Of a DNA stretch of 56,523 nt, positions 27,831 to 36,434 are shown piece after piece. The notes under the pieces are model-generated. The model was given only the letters and a program-made list of their open reading frames with translations. It was not told the origin of the DNA and made no database searches. The position numbers and the translations under genes are program-made. Source of the DNA: a virus (Duplodnaviria; Caudoviricetes); the IMG/VR virus record IMGVR_UViG_3300027749_000129, positions 1 to 56,523 of that record. One strand, written 5' to 3'. How positions within the stretch are numbered: the first letter of the stretch is position 1; each line of letters begins with the position of its first letter.

Positions 27831-28055
27831 ATGGACTACCAAGTGCTATTCAATATCGCAGTCGCAGTTGCAGCATTTTTTGGCGGATGGACGCTGAACC
27901 GCATTTACACTGCTATTGACCGCCTTGATGGGGACGTTAGGAACATGCCAATAACCTACGTCACAAAGGATGATTACCGGGACGATATTAAGGACATGAA
28001 TCGCAAGCTGGACAAGATTTTTGATCTGCTGCAAACCAAGGTAGACAAGGCATAA
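27831..28055 (+). CDS. Small membrane protein with coiled coil (lysis region)
   Basis: One N-terminal TM segment; YVTKDDY...KLDKIFD. Confidence 0.65.
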   Translation: MDYQVLFNIAVAVAAFFGGWTLNRIYTAIDRLDGDVRNMPITYVTKDDYRDDIKDMNRKLDKIFDLLQTKVDKA

Positions 28056-28057
28056 AC

Positions 28058-28297
28058 ATGGCTACACCGAGTGAAGTCAAGGGAAAGCTGACGTTTGCCG
28101 TAACGCTGATGGTGTCTGCCACGCTGTGCATATCGGTGCTGCTGATGGTCGTCGCGCTCGTGACCGGCTTGTGGTTTCAAGAAATAGACAACGGCGAGAT
28201 ATTTAAGCTCATCAGTCCTGCATTTCAGACTATCGTTGGCGGCTTTATCGGGCTGCTTGCTGGGGTAAAACTCAGCCACGATGATAATTCAAAATAA
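28058..28297 (+). CDS. Two-TM membrane protein
   Basis: Two hydrophobic stretches; PAFQTIVGGFIGLLAG. Confidence 0.65.
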   Translation: MATPSEVKGKLTFAVTLMVSATLCISVLLMVVALVTGLWFQEIDNGEIFKLISPAFQTIVGGFIGLLAGVKLSHDDNSK

Positions 28298-28306
28298 GGC
28301 GGCAGC

Positions 28307-28705
28307 ATGATCATCGAACATCGCCGTACATATCAGACTGACAAAACCATTGGCGTAATACAAATTGGTGATGAAGTTTTGGGCGTTACGCTCGAAGACA
28401 TTGGCCGCCCTGCCGGCATCAAGATTTCCAAAGAGACCTGCATCCCGGAAGGCGAGTACAAAGTAGCAGTCACGATGTCTACCCGGTTTGGGCGGGAAAT
28501 GTTGTTGCTCTACTCCAACGAAAAAGACCGGAGCTGCGACTTGTCGGGCTGTTTATTCACCGGAATTCGCGTGCATAAAGGTACGAGAACAGAACATACC
28601 GAAGGCTGTGTCCTCTATCAGGGCGACTTACCTGCTTTAGAGCAGTTAGTCTCCGAGACGATTGCCAAGGGCGAAAAAGTCACTTGGATTATCGGGAGAG
28701 CCTAA
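28307..28705 (+). CDS. DUF5675-like putative endolysin (L,D-transpeptidase-like)
   Basis: TLED...ETCIPEGEY...GIRVHKG...HTEGCVL; adjacent to holin. Confidence 0.72.
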   Translation: MIIEHRRTYQTDKTIGVIQIGDEVLGVTLEDIGRPAGIKISKETCIPEGEYKVAVTMSTRFGREMLLLYSNEKDRSCDLSGCLFTGIRVHKGTRTEHTEGCVLYQGDLPALEQLVSETIAKGEKVTWIIGRA

Positions 28706-29118
28706 TGGCGATGGATCCTATTACTGCTGGAATTGGCTTGCTTGATACGTTCATCAACAAATTTGTTGCTGATAAAGATTTAGCCGCCAAGTTGGCGATT
28801 CAGGCCCGATCCGAAGAGTTCCAAGGCAATATAACCTTGCTGACCGGACAGATGGCCGTTAATCAAGAGGAAGCCAAAAGCACGAACTGGTTTGTGGCCG
28901 GTTGGCGACCTTGGATCGGCTGGATCTGCGGTGCTGGTCTTGCCTATGCAGTTTTGATTGAGCCGCTTGCCCGATTCATAGCACAAGTAGGTTTCCACTA
29001 CGCTGGCCCATTTCCTGTAATCGACACCACGCTGACGATGCAAGTGTTAATCGGCATGCTCGGGTTAGGCACCATGAGAACATGGGAAAAGACCAAAGAC
29101 GCTGAAGGCAAACGGTAA
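28705..29118 (+). CDS. Holin of the 3-TM (GTA-type) family
   Basis: EAKSTNWFVAGWRPWIGW...GMLGLGTMRTWEK. Confidence 0.8.
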   Translation: MAMDPITAGIGLLDTFINKFVADKDLAAKLAIQARSEEFQGNITLLTGQMAVNQEEAKSTNWFVAGWRPWIGWICGAGLAYAVLIEPLARFIAQVGFHYAGPFPVIDTTLTMQVLIGMLGLGTMRTWEKTKDAEGKR

Positions 29119-29142
29119 ACTTTAATCAACTAGGACACGACC

Positions 29143-29694
29143 ATGAAAAGAATAATCGCTGTGTTTGTTACCCTGTTCAGCATGGCTGTCCATGCAGATC
29201 CAAACCTTGCCATCTGCCACGGCGAGTATGCTTTGTGCGCATCAAGCGCCACTGAACCGACGGGCAAGACGATGGTCGTAGGCAGCAAAACTTTTGAGGA
29301 AGGTCACGCGGTTTGCCCAGTGATCAAAGGCGAAAGCGTTGCCGACTTTAACCTCACCAACGGATCTTGCGCCCCGCCTAAAGGCGACCATACCGTGTGG
29401 AGTCTGTTTGGCACCCCCAGCACTTACCCACAATCCCCGACATGGGAGCCGGCCCCAATGACCGTCCGTACATTCACCACGGCTGTGGGAGCTGGTAACG
29501 GCATGAGCAATATGTGGTCTTTCCCGTGCGTCAAACGACCTAAGAAAGTAAATGGTGCGACGCTGTCAGATTGCTTTGGCCCCATCAACGAAAGCCCTTG
29601 GACTGGTGACCATGTACCGCCCGGTACAAACTCCGGGACTGGCGCTGCGGTCGGGGCAAGTGACCCTGTTGGCGGCAACTTTCCAAGCCAATAG
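29143..29694 (+). CDS. Secreted Cys-rich hypothetical protein
   Basis: Signal peptide MKRIIAVFVTLFSMAVHA; six Cys in the mature part. Confidence 0.6.
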   Translation: MKRIIAVFVTLFSMAVHADPNLAICHGEYALCASSATEPTGKTMVVGSKTFEEGHAVCPVIKGESVADFNLTNGSCAPPKGDHTVWSLFGTPSTYPQSPTWEPAPMTVRTFTTAVGAGNGMSNMWSFPCVKRPKKVNGATLSDCFGPINESPWTGDHVPPGTNSGTGAAVGASDPVGGNFPSQ

Positions 29695-29734
29695 TGTGCA
29701 ATAATATGGCCAGATAAAATGGAGTTGCTTCCCC

Positions 29735-30223
29735 ATGAAAGTTCAAAAAGACGCCATTGGCAAAGAAATTAAAAAAATATACGCAAAGGCAGACTTGATC
29801 AAGGTTTGTCCAGTTGAACTGCGGGACAATGGCCTTAACCGCACCAACAGCAACATGGCGATACGGGAATACAACTACGGTCCGCTGAACCCGGACCAGC
29901 CATCTACTGATTTCTGGAAAGCCAAAGCCCGCGTGTGGGATTCCTCGGTTGAAGAAGCCAAGAGTTCGCGTTGCTGCAACTGCGCGGCGTTTGTGCAAAC
30001 CCCCGCCATGATAGCGTGCCTCGTTGAGGGTCTCGAAACAATGGATGAGGATGAATTGACAGAGAAACCGGGGGAGGAAGCAGCAGAAGAAGGTACTGCC
30101 GAATTTGATGCCAGAACCAAAATTGTTCAAAATGCTGATCTGGGCTATTGTCAGTTGTTCCACTTCCGGGCCATGGGCGAACGTACGTGTAACGCATGGC
30201 TGGTTGGAGGCCCTATTACGTAA
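29735..30223 (+). CDS. Cys-rich hypothetical protein
   Basis: YGPLNP, RCCNCAAF, LGYCQLFHF, RTCNAW..GGP. Confidence 0.65.
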   Translation: MKVQKDAIGKEIKKIYAKADLIKVCPVELRDNGLNRTNSNMAIREYNYGPLNPDQPSTDFWKAKARVWDSSVEEAKSSRCCNCAAFVQTPAMIACLVEGLETMDEDELTEKPGEEAAEEGTAEFDARTKIVQNADLGYCQLFHFRAMGERTCNAWLVGGPIT

Positions 30224-32088
30224 TGGCCTACTTCAAACTCACCCTTACCCCCGGCATCGATAAGCAGAACACTGAATACGGTGCTGAAGGTGGCTGGATT
30301 GACGGGGATAACATCCGTTTTCGTTATTCCCTGCCTGAGAAAATCGGAGGATGGGAAGATTTCACTGCCCCTATTCAGTATTTAGTGGGGGTAACGTCTG
30401 ATATTTTTACATGGAATAGCCTTGTGGGTATTCCTTACGCTATTGCAGGCACTAATCGCAAACTGTATGTGCTAACGGGTGGGGTTTGGTACGATATTAC
30501 TCCCATTCGAGCTACAACGGGCGTAGGCGACGTCACTTTTGCTGCCTCCACGGGTTCCGCTACTATTACAGTCACTGATAGCTCGCATGGCGCTATTAAA
30601 GGCGATTTTGTCACGTACAGCGGTGCAGCATCCCTTGGCGGCAACATTACTGCCGCTGTTTTAAACAGCGAATATGAAATAACGGCCATCCTTACTGCCA
30701 ATACCTACACGATTACCGCTCCTGTAAATGCTACTGCAGGGGATAGTGGTAATGGTGGGGGATCCGTGGTTGGTGCTTATCAAATCACGATTGGGCTTCC
30801 TGTCAGCTATTTTGATTTTGGCTGGGGTACCGGACCATGGGGCAGTGGTACGTGGGGTTCCCCACGTACATCTGGCAGTGGTATTGCGCTGTATTCACGC
30901 GTCTGGCAGTTCGATACCTACGGTGAAAATGTCGTATGCCAGTTGGCTAATGGTGCTATCTATTATTGGCAGATCGTCTCTGGTACAGGCACGCGTGCTG
31001 CGGTCCTCAGTGGTGCTCCTACCAAAAATACCTATGCCCTTGTCTCGACACCCGACCGCCACTTGGTTTGTTTGGGTACTGAGGACACCATTGGGGACCC
31101 TACAACACAGGATCCCATGTTTGTACGGTTTTCAAACCAAGAAGATATCACAAACTTTGTTGAATCAGCCACCAACACGGCGGGTGGACAACGGCTCACG
31201 GACGGTAACCACATCGTTACGGCCATACGCTCACGCGGCCAGATCCTGATATTTACCGATACCTCATTACACGGTATGCAATATATCGGCCCGCCCTATA
31301 CGTTTGGGTTCCAGCAGTTAGGTGCCAACTGCGGGTGTATCGGGCCTCACGCAGCAGTGGACGTAAACGGCGTCGCCTTCTGGATGGGCACCGACGCGTT
31401 CTACGTATTTGACGGTACGGTTAAAAAGCTGGCGTGTACTGTGCAGGATTTTGTATTTAAGAATTTGAATCAGGTGCAGAGTACGAAGTGTTTTGTGGGC
31501 CTTAATAGCCAATTCAACGAAGTAACGTTCTGGTACTGCTCATTGAATTCCGATTATATTGACCTGTGCGTAACGTTTAACTACCTTGAAAATGTATGGT
31601 CTACAGGCACAATGGACCGTACCGCATGGGTAAACTCGAACACGTACCCACGCCCCGTTGCTACTAAATACCTGCAGACCAGCACTGCTGCGACGATTAG
31701 TACGATTTACGGCCTAACGGCAGGCCGAACCATTGTTTACAGTCAGGAAACAGGGGCAGATGCTGCGGGTGAGCCGATAATTGCATACGTCAAGTCAGGG
31801 TATTTCGACATCGGCGATGGCGATAATATGCTCTATATGAAGCGTTTTATCCCTGATTTTAGGAATCAAGTCGGAGATCTACTGGTGCATTTATTCTTGC
31901 GCCAATACCCACAGGCCACTGCCAGTTATAGCTCCCTCGACCCCTACATAATCACGCCTACCACTGAAAAAGTGGACACTCGTGCACGCGGTAGACAGAT
32001 ATCAATCCGCATCGAGAGTGATGACCTGTACGCAACGTGGCGCTTTGGTACGATGCGTGTGGACATTCAACCTGATGGCTTGAGGTGA
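30223..32088 (+). CDS. Tail tubular protein B / DNA stabilization (P22 gp10-like) protein
   Basis: PGIDKQNT, RFRYSLPEKIGGW, VRFSNQED, AFWMG, RARGRQI, C-terminal DIQPDGLR. Confidence 0.72.
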   Translation: MAYFKLTLTPGIDKQNTEYGAEGGWIDGDNIRFRYSLPEKIGGWEDFTAPIQYLVGVTSDIFTWNSLVGIPYAIAGTNRKLYVLTGGVWYDITPIRATTGVGDVTFAASTGSATITVTDSSHGAIKGDFVTYSGAASLGGNITAAVLNSEYEITAILTANTYTITAPVNATAGDSGNGGGSVVGAYQITIGLPVSYFDFGWGTGPWGSGTWGSPRTSGSGIALYSRVWQFDTYGENVVCQLANGAIYYWQIVSGTGTRAAVLSGAPTKNTYALVSTPDRHLVCLGTEDTIGDPTTQDPMFVRFSNQEDITNFVESATNTAGGQRLTDGNHIVTAIRSRGQILIFTDTSLHGMQYIGPPYTFGFQQLGANCGCIGPHAAVDVNGVAFWMGTDAFYVFDGTVKKLACTVQDFVFKNLNQVQSTKCFVGLNSQFNEVTFWYCSLNSDYIDLCVTFNYLENVWSTGTMDRTAWVNSNTYPRPVATKYLQTSTAATISTIYGLTAGRTIVYSQETGADAAGEPIIAYVKSGYFDIGDGDNMLYMKRFIPDFRNQVGDLLVHLFLRQYPQATASYSSLDPYIITPTTEKVDTRARGRQISIRIESDDLYATWRFGTMRVDIQPDGLR

Positions 32089-32149
32089 CATGTATACCGA
32101 TCCTAAAATAAGGTGTATACTAAAGGCTCTTCTACTTAAGGGGCTTAGT

Positions 32150-32788
32150 ATGGGTAAATTTATAGATCGCGTAGGGCAGCGGTTTGGGAAACTAGTAGTA
32201 ATTGCGCGCAGCGGCACTAACGTACACAAGCAAGTTATGTGGCTATGTACTTGTGATTGTGGAGAAAAAACCACTGTAGTTTCTGGGAGTTTGGTGACAG
32301 GTAATACTACTTCCTGTGGATGCATCCCCCCAAACTTTAAACACGGAGGGTGGAATAAGTCTTCCTACAACACATGGCGGGCAATGATGCGGCGTTGTTA
32401 TAACCCCATAGATAAGGACTACGCGCGATACGGGAGTAAAGGGGTTACTGTATATGCTCTTTGGCATGATTATGCCGCTTTCGCAATAGCTGTTGGTGAG
32501 CCGTCAGGCACTGAAACCCTTGACCGGATTGACACAACGGGTAACTACGAGCCTAACAATGTGCGCTGGGCAAGCCCTACCGCGCAAGCTAGAAACCAGT
32601 GCATGTCAAAGCTAAATAAGACAGGTTTCGCTGGTGTTTTATTCCACGGTGGACGCTATTACGCAGCGATAACAGTGCAAAAGAAAAAGTTTTATTCCAA
32701 AGTATTTGGGACAGCAGAAGAAGCTGCTGCCGCTAGAAAAGGATTAGAGATGCTGCATTGGGGAGTCTTAAATGAGCAAAATCACTAA
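32150..32788 (+). CDS. Free-standing HNH homing endonuclease with AP2-like C-terminal domain
   Basis: GQRFGKLVV..CTCDCG..SCGC, RCYNP..YGSKG, TLDRIDTTGNYEPNNVRWA, FGTAEEAAAAR (track start 32090). Confidence 0.85.
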   Translation: MGKFIDRVGQRFGKLVVIARSGTNVHKQVMWLCTCDCGEKTTVVSGSLVTGNTTSCGCIPPNFKHGGWNKSSYNTWRAMMRRCYNPIDKDYARYGSKGVTVYALWHDYAAFAIAVGEPSGTETLDRIDTTGNYEPNNVRWASPTAQARNQCMSKLNKTGFAGVLFHGGRYYAAITVQKKKFYSKVFGTAEEAAAARKGLEMLHWGVLNEQNH

Positions 32789-32948
32789 CGTGCGACTACC
32801 TAACGCCAATCCAACCGACTATAGCGCAGAACAATTTAACCAGTTGGTTCGCTCACTGGAACAGATTGTTTTGCAGCTAAACAGCACGTATACGCCCGTG
32901 GTGTCGGAAGATAAGGACCAAGCACAAACTTGGTTCATGGGGAATTAA
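32772..32948 (+). CDS. Small hypothetical tail-module protein (58 aa, not in the ORF track)
   Basis: Manual translation MSKITNVRLPNANPTDYSAEQFNQLVRSLEQIVLQLN...WFMGN; GGGAG RBS; TAATG coupling to the next gene. Confidence 0.65.
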   Translation: MSKITNVRLPNANPTDYSAEQFNQLVRSLEQIVLQLNSTYTPVVSEDKDQAQTWFMGN

Positions 32949-33292
32949 TGGCAAACCTCTATAAGCGGTATCTAGTTCCTTTGGTTAATGCCACGTCTAC
33001 GACTGTTTTCACGGTCCCTGCGGCAACTAGCGCTGTTGTGAAATCAATATGGGTTTCAAATAGCAATGCCGCCGCAACAACGGTTGAAGTGGTGATATCC
33101 CCAGCCGGATCAGGAACCCATACAATAATCCCTGCAGAAAGCATTGTGGGGAAGGGTTATGCTGATTTTGCAGCCGGATGGGACCGTAATCCCAATGTCC
33201 TCGTGCTGGAAGCGGGGGACTTGTTAAAAATTAAGGTGACAACGACTGATGTTGTTGCCACAGTAAGCGTGCTTTTGATAGACAGAAACTGA
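32948..33292 (+). CDS. Putative structural protein
   Basis: MANLYK...FTVPAATSAVVKSI...LVLEAGDLLK. Confidence 0.65.
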   Translation: MANLYKRYLVPLVNATSTTVFTVPAATSAVVKSIWVSNSNAAATTVEVVISPAGSGTHTIIPAESIVGKGYADFAAGWDRNPNVLVLEAGDLLKIKVTTTDVVATVSVLLIDRN

Positions 33293-33382
33293 TAGAATCA
33301 TTGATAATCGCTCCATCTTCGTGCCGTTCAGGCACGCGGCCCTATGTGGCCTTTTTCCTTTTAATCCGGGACAGGTAACAAC

Positions 33383-35341
33383 ATGGCTGACGCAATGCAG
33401 GGCATTATGGCCCTACCCCAAGGTGCAACATCCCAAGCGGCAAATGACCCGCGTGTAATGGCTGCTGTCGAACAGATGCGCAAGCAGGTATCGCCGCAGG
33501 ACGTGCACTCCCAGTTGCTGGATTCAGCCGCTGAGGTAGACCCCGCGTCCGTTGCCAAGTTCAAGTCTGAGCTGCAGGGGCTAGAACTTCCAGCCGAAGT
33601 GCTAGACATGCTCAATACGCTGGTTGAGTCTGTTTTAGACTCCCCAAATGACTACCCGGCTATCCGAGCCAAATATCTGGCACAGGGCATCCCAGAAGAC
33701 TTACTTCCGCCTACCTTTGATGCACTGTTTTTCGGTGCGCTCAATATGGCAATCGACCAGCTTAGGGCAAATACTACTTCTGCACCAGCCGCGAACACCG
33801 GACCACGGACCGCTGCTGAGATCCTTACCCACAGACCCGATCAACAGGCCCCTGAAATGCCCGCCCCGGGCATGGCAAGAGGTGGGATTGCAACCCTCAA
33901 ACCAATGGTTGCTGCGATGGCTCATTTTGGTCGTAATGGCGATACGATGTTGGCGCATATCAATCCCGCTGAAGCACGGATGTTACGTAAACACGGGGGC
34001 AGCGGTACGATCAACCCTAGAACGGGTCTTCCTGAATTCTCGTGGCTTGGTGACATTTTCAAAAAAGTTGGCCACGCGGTTAAATCCTTTGCCTCTAGCA
34101 CAATTGGCAAACTTGTCATAGGCACTGCACTGTTTATGTTTGCAGGCCCTGCTGCGGCGAGTTTTTTAAACGCAGCAGAAGGCGGCATCGCTGCTGCAGG
34201 CATCAGTGGTTTTGTCAGCGGAGCGGGAACCGCGCTGCTGGGTGGTAGTAACCTGAAGACTGCGTTGAAAGCCGGTGCCATTGGCGGCATAACAGCAGGT
34301 GCTGTTAAAGGCGTAACTGGCGCTGTAGGTGCAGCCAAAACCCCTACTACAGGCACTACTGCGGCTACAGGTGCTGGAGAAGCCACGTCAGATACGATTA
34401 GATCCGCGCTTCCTGACGTGGGTGTAACTGCAAGTGATGCGGCTAAAGCTGCCGTGGATTTTGGACCAGATGTTCAAAGGGGCATTGAAAGTTTAACTTC
34501 ACCCACAAATGTAGGGTTTATGGCTAGCCCTGAAGCAATGGCCGCTGCTCAGAGACAAACGGCAGTACTCGCATCACAAGCTGCGCCTATGGCACAGGCA
34601 GCTACCACTCCTGCGTTTATGACTAGCCCACAAGGTATGGCTGCAGGCCAACAACAGGCTGCTAAAGTTGCCGCGCTTACTCCCGCTCCGGGATTTATAG
34701 ACAACTTAAAAGCAACCTTTACTCCAGACAGTAGTGTGGGTTTAGACGCCCGCATTGGGAGCCTTAATAAGGCATTTAATCCAAACGAAATACAAGCCGC
34801 AGGTGAACGGGCGGCTAAAAAGGCATATACCGATATGTTGGCAGACACTGGGTCTAAAGAATTAGCCATGCAAGCCTTTAAAGATGCAACTCCGGGAATG
34901 TTAGCCAAATATGGCCCTGCACTGGGCGCGGGACTCGGTATTGCGGCATTGGCAGGGGGCTTCGACCAGATACCTTCCGAAATGCCCCCCGGCTTTACGG
35001 GTCCTACAGGCAAAGAGTACCTTGCGCAACACCCTGAACTACAGCTAAATTTCGGTGGCACACGCGTTACCTCCGCCTACAATCCCTATATGTCAATGTA
35101 CCGTGCTCCAGTTCAAGAACCGGTTCGCTCGGCAACAGGGGGAGCAATACACTATCCTCGCAAAAACGGTCCAATCAGTGGCCCCGGTACGGGAACCTCG
35201 GACCAAGTACCGGCGATGTTGTCCGATGGGGAGTTTGTCTTTACGGCGAAAGCGGTCCGTGCTGCTGGGAAAGGTTCCCGGCGCGCTGGTGCAAAACGCA
35301 TGTTGGCCCTCATGAAACATCTGGAGAAACAACATGGCTGA
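33383..35341 (+). CDS. Putative internal virion (ejection) protein
   Basis: Ala/Gly-rich with hydrophobic segments; GRNGDTMLAHINPAE and GPGTGTSDQVPAMLSDGEFV motifs. Confidence 0.65.
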   Translation: MADAMQGIMALPQGATSQAANDPRVMAAVEQMRKQVSPQDVHSQLLDSAAEVDPASVAKFKSELQGLELPAEVLDMLNTLVESVLDSPNDYPAIRAKYLAQGIPEDLLPPTFDALFFGALNMAIDQLRANTTSAPAANTGPRTAAEILTHRPDQQAPEMPAPGMARGGIATLKPMVAAMAHFGRNGDTMLAHINPAEARMLRKHGGSGTINPRTGLPEFSWLGDIFKKVGHAVKSFASSTIGKLVIGTALFMFAGPAAASFLNAAEGGIAAAGISGFVSGAGTALLGGSNLKTALKAGAIGGITAGAVKGVTGAVGAAKTPTTGTTAATGAGEATSDTIRSALPDVGVTASDAAKAAVDFGPDVQRGIESLTSPTNVGFMASPEAMAAAQRQTAVLASQAAPMAQAATTPAFMTSPQGMAAGQQQAAKVAALTPAPGFIDNLKATFTPDSSVGLDARIGSLNKAFNPNEIQAAGERAAKKAYTDMLADTGSKELAMQAFKDATPGMLAKYGPALGAGLGIAALAGGFDQIPSEMPPGFTGPTGKEYLAQHPELQLNFGGTRVTSAYNPYMSMYRAPVQEPVRSATGGAIHYPRKNGPISGPGTGTSDQVPAMLSDGEFVFTAKAVRAAGKGSRRAGAKRMLALMKHLEKQHG

Positions 35342-36425
35342 TAGTACTACTTATACCTCACAGGTTGTCCGCGAAGCGCCAGAGATTGAGGCGCAAAAGC
35401 TTGCACTTATGGACGAAGCGCGTCGTTTGTACGGCCAGCCCCTTACTACGCCAGCCGTTGAAGCTGCGGGCCTTTCGCAGACCCAGCAACAGGGTATTGA
35501 CTTTGCTAAACAGGGCGTAGGGGCGTGGGAGCCGTATATACAGGCCGCGTCCCAAGGCGTTACGCAGGGCATGGATCTCACCCAAGCGGGCGCTCGTTCT
35601 GCGGGGGCTATTGAAACCGCACCCAGTTTCCAAGCTGCACAAAACGTGGCGGCGCAGGGGATTGGTGGATTGCTGGGATCAGCTCAGGCATACGACCCAT
35701 CAATGGCGGCCTCGTACATGAACCCGTACCAGCAAAAGGTTACCCAGAATGCTTTGGGTGAAATGCGTCGTCAGGCAGATATTGCTCGTCAGGGAGCTGC
35801 CGCACAGGCTGTTCGTGCGGGTGCGTTTGGTGGCACACGCGAAGGCGTACAGCGTGCAGAAACTGAACGCGGCGTACAGGACCTGATGCAGCAACGCATC
35901 ATGCAGGATTACGCCCAGAATTACGGCCAAGCACAACAGGCTGCAATGCAGGGTTTTGAGTCTCAACAGGGACGCCAATTAGCCTCCTCGCAGGCCCTTG
36001 GTACAGCAGGACAGGGCATCGGCGGGCTAACCGCGCAACAGGCTGGTGTTGATCTGTCTAAAGCCAGTACTCTGGGCCAATTGGGTCAGGGCATCGGCGG
36101 ATTAGGCGTACAATTCGGTGCGTTGGGTCAGTCAAACCAGCAGTTAGGTGCAGCCGATACACAGTTGTTGATGGGTCTTGGCGGCATAGAACAGCAGAAT
36201 GCACAGGCCCAGCTTGATGCAATGCGCGCTACTCAGACACAGGAAGCTATGGCCCCTTATCAGCAGTTGGGTTTCGTGTCTGACATATTCCGTGGTGCAC
36301 CTACTACGCAGATGGCGTTAACATCACAAAGTGCTCCAAGTGCGAGTCCCTTACAGACATTTGCTGGTCTGGGTGTTGGTGCTCTCACTGCAGGTGCTGG
36401 TGCTGCCAAAGCAGGTCTAATCTAA
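35334..36425 (+). CDS. Putative internal virion / DNA transfer protein
   Basis: Gln/Ala/Gly-rich; YMNPYQQ, AGAFGGTR; hydrophobic C-terminus. Confidence 0.65.
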   Translation: MADSTTYTSQVVREAPEIEAQKLALMDEARRLYGQPLTTPAVEAAGLSQTQQQGIDFAKQGVGAWEPYIQAASQGVTQGMDLTQAGARSAGAIETAPSFQAAQNVAAQGIGGLLGSAQAYDPSMAASYMNPYQQKVTQNALGEMRRQADIARQGAAAQAVRAGAFGGTREGVQRAETERGVQDLMQQRIMQDYAQNYGQAQQAAMQGFESQQGRQLASSQALGTAGQGIGGLTAQQAGVDLSKASTLGQLGQGIGGLGVQFGALGQSNQQLGAADTQLLMGLGGIEQQNAQAQLDAMRATQTQEAMAPYQQLGFVSDIFRGAPTTQMALTSQSAPSASPLQTFAGLGVGALTAGAGAAKAGLI

Positions 36426-36434
36426 GGAATCCTT

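Noticed and set aside
33293-33382. Possible tRNA or structured ncRNA in the intergenic gap
   Set aside because: Only short hairpins and a T-run (possible weak terminator); no cloverleaf or T-loop consensus seen.
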